A stretch of 48,583 nucleotides of DNA. It comes from a virus. A program made the translations under genes and the position numbers. Positions 34,280 through 44,249 of this stretch are shown here, piece by piece. Where the stretch lies: IMG/VR virus record IMGVR_UViG_3300045988_178905; one strand, given 5' to 3'. Below the pieces are notes generated by a model that saw nothing but the letters and a program-made list of their open reading frames with translations, had not been told where the DNA came from and did not search any database. The stretch's first letter is position 1. Each line of letters starts with the position of its first letter.

Positions 34280-37200
34280 CTTCTTCCTCCTCAATGTTTC
34301 TATCTTCTTCCCAGAATACAATGTCTTTTCCAAGAATTGTTATCGGCTCATTGTCTGTATATTTCTTTGCTTCTGAAGGTACAGCAAAATCAATTTTCTT
34401 CTTGCTATAAGGAATAACATCTAAAATATCATCCCCCATAACCTTCCAGATAAAATTATTGATACTGGTGTACTTGCTCTTTGGATATTCCTTTAATACA
34501 GTTACCAGCATATTAAAGATTTCAGCAAATCCAACCTTTAATTCTGTGAGTAATTCCTTCCTTGTGTCGAATATCAAGGCATCTAATTTACTAACTGTAA
34601 AAGTCTGCGTCTTTTCTTCTGTACTCTTGTGATTCTTTTTGCTGTAAATCTTCATCAGTTCCGACACAAACTTTTCATAGGTGGACTTGATAAACTTCTT
34701 TTCGGATGGTGTGACCTTTACTTCCTTTGCATAACTCATAAGGATATAGCTGTCTGCACTCTTCCATTTTTCCTTCATAGTCTTATCAAGTTCTTCCTCA
34801 AAGATTTCCAGTTTCCAACAAATCTTATTCATAAGGCAGTCTGTAAGAAGTAAAGGGCAGTTATCCTTGTAATAATTCCAGAAGTATTTTTCGTCCTCTG
34901 TTACTAATTTTCTCTTACCATGCATTACATCCTTTACAAATGTATCAATGGATTCAAAGGTGTACATCTTGCAAATATCCCTCATTCTGGACTGATACTT
35001 TGTGTACTTATCCTTGTAATTACTCTTAACATTGATGAAAAAGTATGGTAAATAGTTCGGAATATACTTGTTACTCTCTTGAAGTTTCTCTGCATACTTT
35101 TCTTTTTCTTTCTGTGTGGATCTTCTGATTTCATCTTTCTGCTCTTTCCAATTAGCAATCTTAAATTCCTGTGATAGCTTCGGTTTCACACCTGTCTTTG
35201 TAGAATCAATCTCTTCTCCGATTAAGAATCTATCCTTCTTAATGCTCTTAAATAATTCAAGCTGTCCAACGCTGCAATCATACTCTGGATAGTTCAGATC
35301 AGTATGGTGTAGATATTCTGGATGCTTTACAACCTTATTTCCATTTTCATCTACTGTGATTTCCGCTTTTTCTTCATCAACCGGGAATAATGGCATCATT
35401 GCAAATAGGCTTGTACTCATATTAGAATATACACCGACCTCATTACCAAATCCCTGTTTATCTGATTCCGTGGCTTCTGTAATGTCATATTTTTTCGGTG
35501 TCATGTTGTCTACACCTTTTTCATAAGTCGTAGGGTAAACATCCCACGCATTATTGATATAAACCTCTGAATTGAACGTACAAACCATGTCACTGTCAAA
35601 ATCACTATCACTGTGTTTTACTGTAGATAAATCATGTAAACTGTAGATAATTCCGCTATTGATATACTTATAATATCGTTCCATTTCATCATAGATTTCT
35701 GGTGTGATACCAAGCCTATACACGTTATCTTTGTTGCAAACATCCAAAATATTATGTTCTGCAATATCGGTCATTGGAGAACGGCAAGCATCAATTTTTT
35801 CAACTCTCTTTTTCATCCAATACTTGCTATATACTGCATTAGGTGGAATAAGACCAATTCCATTCGCTTCAATATCTCTTGTGACCTGTGTTGCTCTATG
35901 CTTATGTGAATCGGAAATACCCCCTTTTTCATCCATCCAATAGTACCAATTAAAAGCCCATTGACATAAAGCATATGGATCACTAATCATAAACTGATAA
36001 TTACTGTTCCCATCGGGATATAATTTTCCTGCCTTTGCACGATTCAAATAACTTTTGATGATTTTCTGAATTTGACCGCCCACATATTTATCTTTTATCA
36101 AATCAGGATTTTTCAGTAGGGCATTATTCAATGTGGTAGTTTTCAATTCCTCTTCTGCATCTACATCCTCATTATCTGCCCCATTATCTTCCTCACAATC
36201 AATGTCTGATTCTTCATCGTCCATATCTTCTTCATCTTCTGTGTCCGACAAATCTTTTATATCTTTTGCAAGTGCATATAAAATGTATTCTGGCTTACCT
36301 TCGGCAAGTAATCTTAAATACTTCTCTGTAGGCGCAATCAGCTTATCAATATCTTCATCTTCACGAACATTACTTGTCGTTGTGAGCTGGTAATTCTGAC
36401 GCACACAATCTTTTTCATCCTTTGGTTTAGGCGCAACTCTCTGTACTCCCCACAATGCTTCTGGATTTCCATTATAAAGGTCAAAATTGCAACCCATACC
36501 ATCTGATTTATACAATTTCTTATATTTCCATTGTGATTCTGTCAGAATAACATCCACATCCTCAATCGGGATATACTCTATTTCGTCCTCACTCATACCT
36601 TTGTATCTGACATCTACAATCGTTTCAAATCCTTTTTCCCTGGCATATTCCATAATAGGAAATGTTACAAGCAAGCCTTTTACACCAATACTTCTAGCAT
36701 TAAAGGCAGATGGGATATAGTCAATGTGTAAATCTTTCGCCCATTTCTCCGCGAATGTCGGTGTAATCAATCCCATACCATCAAAGGAATTGAGATATGC
36801 TGTATGAATAATATTTCCATTTTCATCTTCTTCCCACTTTGTTTCAAAGAATGGTCTTGTATCAATGTCATAAGTGAAACTATCTGAATCTTCATCCTTA
36901 TTTTTCTTCACAAAGTAGACCAAATGATTTTTATTGTTCTTATCCTTAAAGGTTATATATTCAAAATCGGGAATAACCACAACTCTAGGCTTTCTAACAA
37001 ATATACAGCCTGTTGTAGTAAGTCCCTCATATGCTCCAAATTTAGAAGGTGGTAATATTTCAGATGTTTTTACATCAAGCTGGAAGCCTACTCTGATTTT
37101 CGGCAACACCTTATCAAGAATATCTTCCTGTATGAATAAAACTGTGTTCTGTTTCAGATTTCCACTACTAGCACTTCTTCTGACATACTTTTTGCCATTG

Positions 37201-37703
37201 TAATAAAATCCTTTTTTTGAAAACTTGTCATAGCCTGTCTTATTTGTTTCAACGCTGATAACATATGGGAAAAATAAAAACTTCTCCATGTCCATTATCT
37301 TGTCATTGATAGCATTGATCCTACCCTCTGTCGGATGCTCATTTGCTTTTCGTTTCAACTTCTTAATCTCTTTTCGCATCTCTTTTAATTTCAGATATGC
37401 TCTATATTGTTGTTCATTCGGTGTAATATCTTCCCCATTTTCATCTATGGTTGTTTCAGGACTTACAACCTCTCTGATTTTTTGAAAAAGAATGTTATCA
37501 CCAATAGTAACAAGTCCGCTATCTCCATATGATTTAGTCAGCCAATCAATCAACGGAATTTCTGGAATACTATAAAATTCAATCTCTCCACTACCCTTTT
37601 CTTTCTTTTCATGCTTTCTGTTAGGTGTATTGATTATCATTCTTGAACTCAATTTCAATATTTTATATTGAACTGGTACAAATCCTTCCTCTTTCTGTTT
37701 CAT
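34272..37703 (-). CDS. Single-subunit double-psi-beta-barrel RNA polymerase, cellular-RdRP/YonO-like (1143 aa)
   Basis: Track numbering: aa 313-355 FDGMGLITPTFAEKWAKDLHIDYIPSAFNARSIGVKGLLVTFP; aa 645-659 ACRSPMTDIAEHNIL; aa 704-713 SDSDFDSDMV (nt 35589-35609, DxDxD metal loop). The order and spacing match the RDR/QDE-1/YonO family signature. Start trimmed to Met7 (GGAGA RBS). Confidence 0.75.
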   Translation of the reverse strand: MKQKEEGFVPVQYKILKLSSRMIINTPNRKHEKKEKGSGEIEFYSIPEIPLIDWLTKSYGDSGLVTIGDNILFQKIREVVSPETTIDENGEDITPNEQQYRAYLKLKEMRKEIKKLKRKANEHPTEGRINAINDKIMDMEKFLFFPYVISVETNKTGYDKFSKKGFYYNGKKYVRRSASSGNLKQNTVLFIQEDILDKVLPKIRVGFQLDVKTSEILPPSKFGAYEGLTTTGCIFVRKPRVVVIPDFEYITFKDKNNKNHLVYFVKKNKDEDSDSFTYDIDTRPFFETKWEEDENGNIIHTAYLNSFDGMGLITPTFAEKWAKDLHIDYIPSAFNARSIGVKGLLVTFPIMEYAREKGFETIVDVRYKGMSEDEIEYIPIEDVDVILTESQWKYKKLYKSDGMGCNFDLYNGNPEALWGVQRVAPKPKDEKDCVRQNYQLTTTSNVREDEDIDKLIAPTEKYLRLLAEGKPEYILYALAKDIKDLSDTEDEEDMDDEESDIDCEEDNGADNEDVDAEEELKTTTLNNALLKNPDLIKDKYVGGQIQKIIKSYLNRAKAGKLYPDGNSNYQFMISDPYALCQWAFNWYYWMDEKGGISDSHKHRATQVTRDIEANGIGLIPPNAVYSKYWMKKRVEKIDACRSPMTDIAEHNILDVCNKDNVYRLGITPEIYDEMERYYKYINSGIIYSLHDLSTVKHSDSDFDSDMVCTFNSEVYINNAWDVYPTTYEKGVDNMTPKKYDITEATESDKQGFGNEVGVYSNMSTSLFAMMPLFPVDEEKAEITVDENGNKVVKHPEYLHHTDLNYPEYDCSVGQLELFKSIKKDRFLIGEEIDSTKTGVKPKLSQEFKIANWKEQKDEIRRSTQKEKEKYAEKLQESNKYIPNYLPYFFINVKSNYKDKYTKYQSRMRDICKMYTFESIDTFVKDVMHGKRKLVTEDEKYFWNYYKDNCPLLLTDCLMNKICWKLEIFEEELDKTMKEKWKSADSYILMSYAKEVKVTPSEKKFIKSTYEKFVSELMKIYSKKNHKSTEEKTQTFTVSKLDALIFDTRKELLTELKVGFAEIFNMLVTVLKEYPKSKYTSINNFIWKVMGDDILDVIPYSKKKIDFAVPSEAKKYTDNEPITILGKDIVFWEEDRNIEEEEDD

Positions 37704-38048
37704 ATAAATTTCTCCAATCATACTAATTTTGTATTATGCCTGTTACAGAACGTGCTTTTATCAATGGAGATGTTTGAACTCTCTACAAATAAATACACCT
37801 TCTATTTATAATATTCTCCACTTAGGAAGAAACTTTTTTGATTTTTTCGTGTTCCATATTCAGTTATCATCATTACTTTTGAATACTGCGTGAATAACGC
37901 TTGAAAAGCCATTACATAAGCTATGAAAACTCATGTAACGACTATTGAAAATTCTTGATAAGAAATACTGGTTTCATTGGATATTTCAAAATAAAATGTT
38001 GCCTACATAGGGAAGATATTGAAGGTCACTTTTTCGGAAAATGCAATT

Positions 38049-38747
38049 TTACTTCACAATCTGCATAAATGAAGGCTTATTGCTCATTTTTGCAATTTCG
38101 CCACTCTGATTATCAATAAGCAGACCATTTTCTCTGTCTATAGTGTAAGTACCGATTCCGTTATCTTCACAGAATTTTTCAGCCATATCAACACCTGTCT
38201 GCTGTTTGTACATTGCACTCATGCAGCTCATATAGAACACTGTAAACTCTCTCAAATCATTATTCATGTAATCCCACATAAGATCGAATACACCATCATG
38301 ACCAACCGCATTGTCAAGACCTTTTTCCTTCAGAACATTCATTGTGAAGAAATAATCCTTACAGCCCCACTTATCGCCATCATAGGTTTTATCTATCGGG
38401 AATATCTTAATCAGATTGCCTAACTTAATCCGACCAATAATACCGAATATAGCATCTATCAGATTAAATGAATTTTGCTTAACTTCAAATGGTGTCTGAT
38501 ATGTGCTGTCTAATCTATGATTTATAGCATCAATATCAATCGCATAATTTATATATTTTACACCGCATAGTGCAACCTTCATCAATTCATCCTGTGACCA
38601 TTCATCTATGCTCTTGTGCTTTTGAAATAAACTGCTAACTGTATTATGATACTGTCTGTTCCATATGTCATGTAAAGCAATCGCCCTTGTTAGTCTGTTC
38701 AGTTCGGTTATGTCTTTGTTTCCTGTTATTACTGTAAATTTATCCAT
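38049..38747 (-). CDS. Hypothetical protein (232 aa)
   Basis: ORF with AGGAGA RBS. Confidence 0.7.
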   Translation of the reverse strand: MDKFTVITGNKDITELNRLTRAIALHDIWNRQYHNTVSSLFQKHKSIDEWSQDELMKVALCGVKYINYAIDIDAINHRLDSTYQTPFEVKQNSFNLIDAIFGIIGRIKLGNLIKIFPIDKTYDGDKWGCKDYFFTMNVLKEKGLDNAVGHDGVFDLMWDYMNNDLREFTVFYMSCMSAMYKQQTGVDMAEKFCEDNGIGTYTIDRENGLLIDNQSGEIAKMSNKPSFMQIVK

Positions 38748-38907
38748 ATATTATATATTCTCCTTCTGAAATTCATTGACCATCGCTGCGGTTCGTTTGG
38801 TGAGTACAAAAATTTTGCGCACACCACTGTGTTGATTCCTTCAAACCTACATCCTGTCGGATTGAAAGATCTTGTAAATTTGTAATTAGTCCAGAAGCAT
38901 TTTATTA

Positions 38908-39876
38908 CTACACATACTGTTCATGCAATTTTGCTATTTCCACATCCATTTCAGCTTCTGCTATTTCTCCACATTGGCACTTATCAACCACATCTTTCAT
39001 TTTTTTCAAAATATCCCTATTATGATTTAACTTATTGACAACATCATCTGTAACATAATGCGTCAAATCTCCACTACCATCACCATAAGATGTTCCAAAC
39101 AGAGTGTCCATCCAAAACATTGCATAATACCCATCTATGCTTCGCAGACTAAAATTTGACAAAATAAACATCTTTAATTTCAATTCATCATCTGTTTTGC
39201 AATCTTTTCTATGTTCCTTTTCTTGACAAGCATAATAGGCACGAATTTTCTTAATACCTAAATCTTTGCAAGCTCTTACTCTTTCATGTCCAGAAATAAT
39301 TGTATTATCTCTTGCAATCATAATTGGCTCATATATACCATATTTATCAACCGAATTTAAAAATGAAATCCAGTCCTTGCCTGTTCTTTTGAAGAAATAT
39401 TTATCATGTTGTGGTAATGGTTTTAAACAATCTACATCTATCTCAATATCTTCATAGTCTCTTACATAGTCGATAACACTATCTGTTTTGGTATGATCAG
39501 ATTCACCTTTAATTGCAGCTTTTAATTCTCTTGTTGACATTTCCTTTACATTATGTTCTGCAATAAAATTAGCTCTTTTATCTTCTGGCACATCCAATAA
39601 TAATCCCAATTTTGTTACTTCCAAATTGGAAATCGCTTGCGAATTTGAACCAAATTCTTTTGCAATTCTCATATAAATATTTGCTGTTCTTTGTGAAAAA
39701 TTAACTTTATCTCTTAGCCATGTTCCCCATTCTCCATGTGGTACTTTTTCTTTTGCTCTATTCAATTCATTACCAAGTTTAATGAGATTTTGTGCAGTCT
39801 CATTTTTAAGCCGGATTATTCTGTTTTCTATTGCTTTAAGTTCCAAATCATTGTTACATCTTACTTCATTATTCAT
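38908..39876 (-). CDS. DUF3102-like N-terminal domain fused to a ParB/Srx nuclease domain (322 aa)
   Basis: KLGNELNRAKEKVPHGEWGTWLRDKVNFSQRTANIYMRIAKEFG; YEPIMIARDNTIISGHERVRACKDLG. Confidence 0.8.
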   Translation of the reverse strand: MNNEVRCNNDLELKAIENRIIRLKNETAQNLIKLGNELNRAKEKVPHGEWGTWLRDKVNFSQRTANIYMRIAKEFGSNSQAISNLEVTKLGLLLDVPEDKRANFIAEHNVKEMSTRELKAAIKGESDHTKTDSVIDYVRDYEDIEIDVDCLKPLPQHDKYFFKRTGKDWISFLNSVDKYGIYEPIMIARDNTIISGHERVRACKDLGIKKIRAYYACQEKEHRKDCKTDDELKLKMFILSNFSLRSIDGYYAMFWMDTLFGTSYGDGSGDLTHYVTDDVVNKLNHNRDILKKMKDVVDKCQCGEIAEAEMDVEIAKLHEQYV

Positions 39877-39896
39877 ATTTTATAGTCTCCTTCCAC

Positions 39897-41117
39897 TTAC
39901 GCAATCTTCTTATTCCTTGTACCATAAACCAATGCATCCGCTTTTCCTTCTACACAATCAGCAGTTACAACAACTTTCTTTGCACTTGCCATATCAGGAA
40001 CATCAAACATGACTTTCTGCATAGCGGATTCAATGATACTTCTAAGACCTCTCGCCCCTGTTTTCTTTTTAATAGCCAATTCAGCAATCTTTCTCAATGC
40101 TTCGTCCTCAAATTCCAGCTTAACACCATCCATTGATAATAACTCCTGGTACTGCTTTGTAATCGCATTCTTAGGCTCTGTGAGAATATGCACCAAATCT
40201 TCCTCTGATAGCGGATTCAATGCAGTTATAATAGGAAGTCTGCCTATTAACTCTGGCATAAGACCATACTTAACAAGATCGTGCTGCTCAACCTTTGACA
40301 AATCGGCAACTGATTCCTTTTTATCGGCAACATTAGCACCAAATCCAATAGAATTATGTGTCTCTTCCTTGCCGATAAAGTTATCAATGCCATCAAATGC
40401 ACCACCACAAATGAAAAGTATGTTAGATGTATCAATCTTTATTGTTTCAGCTTGCGGATGTTTCCTACTGCCTGTTACTGGCACTTCTGATACTGTACCC
40501 TCAATAATTTTAAGAAGTGCTTGCTGTACTCCCTCACCAGATACATCACGAGTAATTGACATATTCTCGCCTTTACGACTGATCTTATCTATCTCATCAA
40601 TGTAAATGATTCCTCGCTGTGCTGATTCAATGTCATAATTTGCATTCTGTAAGAGTGTTCTTAACATGACCTCTACATCGTCACCAACATAACCAGCTTC
40701 AGTAAGTGTTGTAGCATCAGCAATAGCAAATGGAACACCTAAGAATTTTGCAAGTGACTGGGCTAAATATGTCTTTCCACTGCCGGTTGAACCAATCATA
40801 AGGATATTGGACTTCTGTATCTCAACATCTGATTTTTTATTTTGCTTTAATCTCTTATAGTGATTGTAGACTGCAACTGCAAGTATTCTCTTTGCTTCAT
40901 CCTGTCCGATAACATACTGATCTAAATGTGCTTTTATCTGTGAAGGTGTAGCCAACTGCATATTATTTGTAATAGATTCCTCTTCCTCATCATTGAGTAG
41001 GTCACTTGCAATGCTGATACAACTATCACAAATGTAACCATACTTACCCTTTATTAACATATCTACTTCATCTTTTTTGCTTCCGCACATACAACAGTAT
41101 TCGTTATTTTTCACCAT
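39897..41117 (-). CDS. clpX: ClpX ATP-dependent unfoldase homolog (406 aa)
   Basis: C4 zinc ribbon [26 protein letters not shown]. Walker [16 protein letters not shown]. Walker [22 protein letters not shown]. Collinear with bacterial ClpX. Start at MVKNNEY (AAGGAGA RBS). Confidence 0.9.
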   Translation of the reverse strand: MVKNNEYCCMCGSKKDEVDMLIKGKYGYICDSCISIASDLLNDEEEESITNNMQLATPSQIKAHLDQYVIGQDEAKRILAVAVYNHYKRLKQNKKSDVEIQKSNILMIGSTGSGKTYLAQSLAKFLGVPFAIADATTLTEAGYVGDDVEVMLRTLLQNANYDIESAQRGIIYIDEIDKISRKGENMSITRDVSGEGVQQALLKIIEGTVSEVPVTGSRKHPQAETIKIDTSNILFICGGAFDGIDNFIGKEETHNSIGFGANVADKKESVADLSKVEQHDLVKYGLMPELIGRLPIITALNPLSEEDLVHILTEPKNAITKQYQELLSMDGVKLEFEDEALRKIAELAIKKKTGARGLRSIIESAMQKVMFDVPDMASAKKVVVTADCVEGKADALVYGTRNKKIA

Positions 41118-41162
41118 TATAAATTCTCCTTTATTTATGAAAATTGTACTTATCAATTATCA

Positions 41163-41432
41163 CTACTTATGCTTATGTTTTCTCTTATGGTATCTATCCC
41201 AATGATTCCAATAATCACATTTTTCTTCTGCATTTTCCTTATCCTTAGTTTCAAATATTACTCTTCTACGAATTGATACAATATTCTGATCTGAAATTTT
41301 AATCTCAACTCTATGATTGTTTCCTTTATCAGATACTACTATTGCAGGTTCAACAACCCATATATGGGTGTTATGATGTTTCTTTTTGATTCTGTTCAAA
41401 AAATATACATCTTGTCCTTCCTTAAATACCAT
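41163..41432 (-). CDS. Hypothetical protein with His/Lys-rich tail (89 aa)
   Basis: ORF with AAGGAGA RBS. Confidence 0.6.
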   Translation of the reverse strand: MVFKEGQDVYFLNRIKKKHHNTHIWVVEPAIVVSDKGNNHRVEIKISDQNIVSIRRRVIFETKDKENAEEKCDYWNHWDRYHKRKHKHK

Positions 41433-41606
41433 TATTAAAATCTCCTTTACTCATCAATACTCGTGCATATTTGCATACGCTTGTTGCTTTTTCTGTTCAA
41501 TTTCAGATTCTATATCTTGATATAGTTCATACTGTTCACTCGGAGGAATATCTGAATTGTCGATCTGTTCCAATAATTTATAAAATTTTTCATATGCTTT
41601 TTCTAT

Positions 41607-41939
41607 TTACTCATACACAATTACTTCTACAGGTGTACACTCTTTCATAAGTTCATCCCATGTAACTTCAACAAATTTACCACCCTTATAGTCATAATTA
41701 GCTTCATCCAAATAGACAAAAATGCAGCAGTCCTTTACACTTTCATCAATAATTTTTCCATCAATCGGAGTACATAGCTTATATGCCTTTTCCCATTTCA
41801 TAGAACTTATCACTTCAAAGCTATGTGTTGTAATCCATATACCAAAAGGAACATCCAATAATCCGTGGTAATCTTTATCTGTATTGGAAAACGTTTCACC
41901 TACTCTGTAATATTTTTTCTCTGTAATTGCTTTACTCAT
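41607..41939 (-). CDS. Hypothetical protein (110 aa); frame stays open for 50 more codons past its TAA
   Basis: ORF with GGAAGGAGA RBS. See the finding on the 41457..41606 extension. Confidence 0.65.
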   Translation of the reverse strand: MSKAITEKKYYRVGETFSNTDKDYHGLLDVPFGIWITTHSFEVISSMKWEKAYKLCTPIDGKIIDESVKDCCIFVYLDEANYDYKGGKFVEVTWDELMKECTPVEVIVYE

Positions 41940-42186
41940 ATATATAATTCTCCTTCCATCAAGTGAAAAATTGTAAACTTATTATTCCGGTAAATAGTGA
42001 GTGTTTATTTCGGATGCCGCTAGGCAGCCGACATACTCTCTTTTTATCGAAAAGAATAATCAGCTTAATTCATATTTTGAGCCATTCAAGATACGCTCAA
42101 ATTAAGTATCTATAAGATATATTCTCTCGTTGAAAGATTTGTGTAGCCATAGCGGAACAAATCTTTTTTGTGCTGTAAAGCACCCA

Positions 42187-42531
42187 CTATTCAAGAAAGT
42201 AATATCCATTAGTAATAATTTCTCTTATCTGATCACATACTGCATTGGTAGGAATATTTTTATCCTTCACACTCTGCAATGCAGTTTTAATATCATCCAA
42301 TGACATTCTGTATTCTTTCATAAGAACATCAATAAAAGGTTGTCTGTATTCTATCAGCTTATCCAGTTCCAACTTATGATTGTTATAATTGGATGTTCTG
42401 TACTGCTTTTCCTTATAAGCAAGGTCATTGATTTTCTTCTCATGCTTTGCTATGCAATTTAATATGTACTCTTTTGTAAGAGTATTTGTATTCAATTTAT
42501 CTTCCATTTTTAATCTATAACTTCTATCCAT
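42187..42531 (-). CDS. Hypothetical protein (114 aa)
   Basis: ORF with AAGGAGA RBS. Confidence 0.65.
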   Translation of the reverse strand: MDRSYRLKMEDKLNTNTLTKEYILNCIAKHEKKINDLAYKEKQYRTSNYNNHKLELDKLIEYRQPFIDVLMKEYRMSLDDIKTALQSVKDKNIPTNAVCDQIREIITNGYYFLE

Positions 42532-42645
42532 GTCTTATCTCCTTAGTGGGTGTCTGCGTGGCAGCCACAAATGATGTTTGTTCCGTTCCTTGCGTCACTA
42601 CACAAAATCATTGATTCTCGTATGATTTTTATGTATTTTCAAAAA

Positions 42646-42703
42646 TTGGCACTTTATAATGCCATATAAAGGATTGTTTATATATCCCGTTTTAAAGTGC
42701 CAA
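42646..42703. terminator. Strong bidirectional intrinsic terminator
   Basis: Perfect 11-bp stem TTGGCACTTTA / TAAAGTGCCAA with a structured loop. It is flanked by an A5 run (42641-45) and a T5 run (42705-09). It follows the stop of the 511-aa gene. Confidence 0.75.
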
Positions 42704-42713
42704 CTTTTTATAA

Positions 42714-44249
42714 TCACTGGTCAAATACAAATAATTCATCAATATCTGAATTACTTTCCAGAAATTCTTCCATTGAAAATGTTCTATCCTTATGACCTAT
42801 CCTTATTAGTTCATCAGTCAAAATTCTCTGTGCATCTAAATATGTATCTGGTGGGTTCCACATTTTCTTTTTATGTGATTCAATTCTTGGAGTATCACCC
42901 CAATATTCTTCAATCAAATTTTTCATCTGCTGTTGATATTCTGCTTTATTTTTTTCATACAGGTCTTTAGCATTTGAATTTAGATAATCGACTACTTTCT
43001 TATTTAATAATTCCTTTTGTAGCTTCATTTCCAATTCTGGTAATGCCTCTTTAACTCCATCAAATGTATAAATCACTTTTATCTGCTTAAAGTAGTGATT
43101 CCATCCGTACTGCTGATACAATAAATCATTCACTTGTTGATAAAAATCTGCTTGTTGGAATCTGATAAAGACTTGGAACATTTTTTCATATCCCATAATG
43201 TTATGTAAGATGTGTCTTTCGACTTCAAGAATTTGCTTTTTCTGAAGATCAGTAGCTTCAAAATACTGTTCTTTACCTCTTTTATCTTTTGTGACAATAA
43301 CTGTCTGAATTTCATAAGTAATTAGTTTTCTATTTTTCAAACTATTTAATGCAGAAAAAAGAATCTGCTCTAATTTTTTATTACATCTTTGATAAAAGTG
43401 CCTAACTTCCCATGAGGTAATTCTATAATCGAGATTTTTTAATTTATTTTCTGGTGTTCTTCCATATTTATGACTTGCCATGCCTAACATTTCCCACCAG
43501 TTGCGTTTCGTAAATGTTCTTGTATAGCCTTCCTGTTTTGATAGGTACTGTAATAAAATCACTTCTATACACTGCACATAAATTGAATTATTACCCAGTT
43601 TGCGCTTATCTTCTTTCGTTAATGGAGTATCGTATATATCTGAAATAATAAATTTCTGTCCTGACTTTTCCCATTCAAAGTAACGTGCAAAATCTTCTAG
43701 TTGATATTTCTTTGATTTACCGCTTTTAACTTCCTGCCCTAGCAATTCACATAGCATTTTATAGTTTTTAACAGTCATACCAATTTCAAGTTTTGATATA
43801 TCAATACCACCTACAACATTTTGCGGTAGTAATAAGCTATCATCCTCTTCAAATCCTTTTATAAAATCCTTTTTCAATTCTTCAAGAGATTTAACCCATA
43901 CATTTTTTAGCTGTTCTTTATTCTGAATCTTTTTATTTTGGCTCAAAACATCGGCAATATTTATAGCAATAATCTTATCCAGCAAGGGATCTATGTCACA
44001 CGCATACTGTTTTAAGACGCTTTCTTCTATATCCATATCCTTATATTTATCAGCATTCATGATAATTTCTTTTGCATATGTGACTACTCTATTTGTATCT
44101 TCCTTCACTTCGTCAAGTGTTGGTAATTTTGTTATTCTTTCTGCTTCATCTGGTATAACAGATATATACTCTCTCCCATTTGAGACATAAAAGAATCTCT
44201 CCAATACCTTTGCTGTCTGATTTTTGTTACATGGATTCAGATAATTCAT
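42714..44249 (-). CDS. Hypothetical protein (511 aa); possibly N-terminally truncated by an in-frame TGA
   Basis: Long ORF; no motif recognised. The nearest GGAGG is 33 nt upstream of the ATG. Confidence 0.7.
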   Translation of the reverse strand: MNYLNPCNKNQTAKVLERFFYVSNGREYISVIPDEAERITKLPTLDEVKEDTNRVVTYAKEIIMNADKYKDMDIEESVLKQYACDIDPLLDKIIAINIADVLSQNKKIQNKEQLKNVWVKSLEELKKDFIKGFEEDDSLLLPQNVVGGIDISKLEIGMTVKNYKMLCELLGQEVKSGKSKKYQLEDFARYFEWEKSGQKFIISDIYDTPLTKEDKRKLGNNSIYVQCIEVILLQYLSKQEGYTRTFTKRNWWEMLGMASHKYGRTPENKLKNLDYRITSWEVRHFYQRCNKKLEQILFSALNSLKNRKLITYEIQTVIVTKDKRGKEQYFEATDLQKKQILEVERHILHNIMGYEKMFQVFIRFQQADFYQQVNDLLYQQYGWNHYFKQIKVIYTFDGVKEALPELEMKLQKELLNKKVVDYLNSNAKDLYEKNKAEYQQQMKNLIEEYWGDTPRIESHKKKMWNPPDTYLDAQRILTDELIRIGHKDRTFSMEEFLESNSDIDELFVFDQ

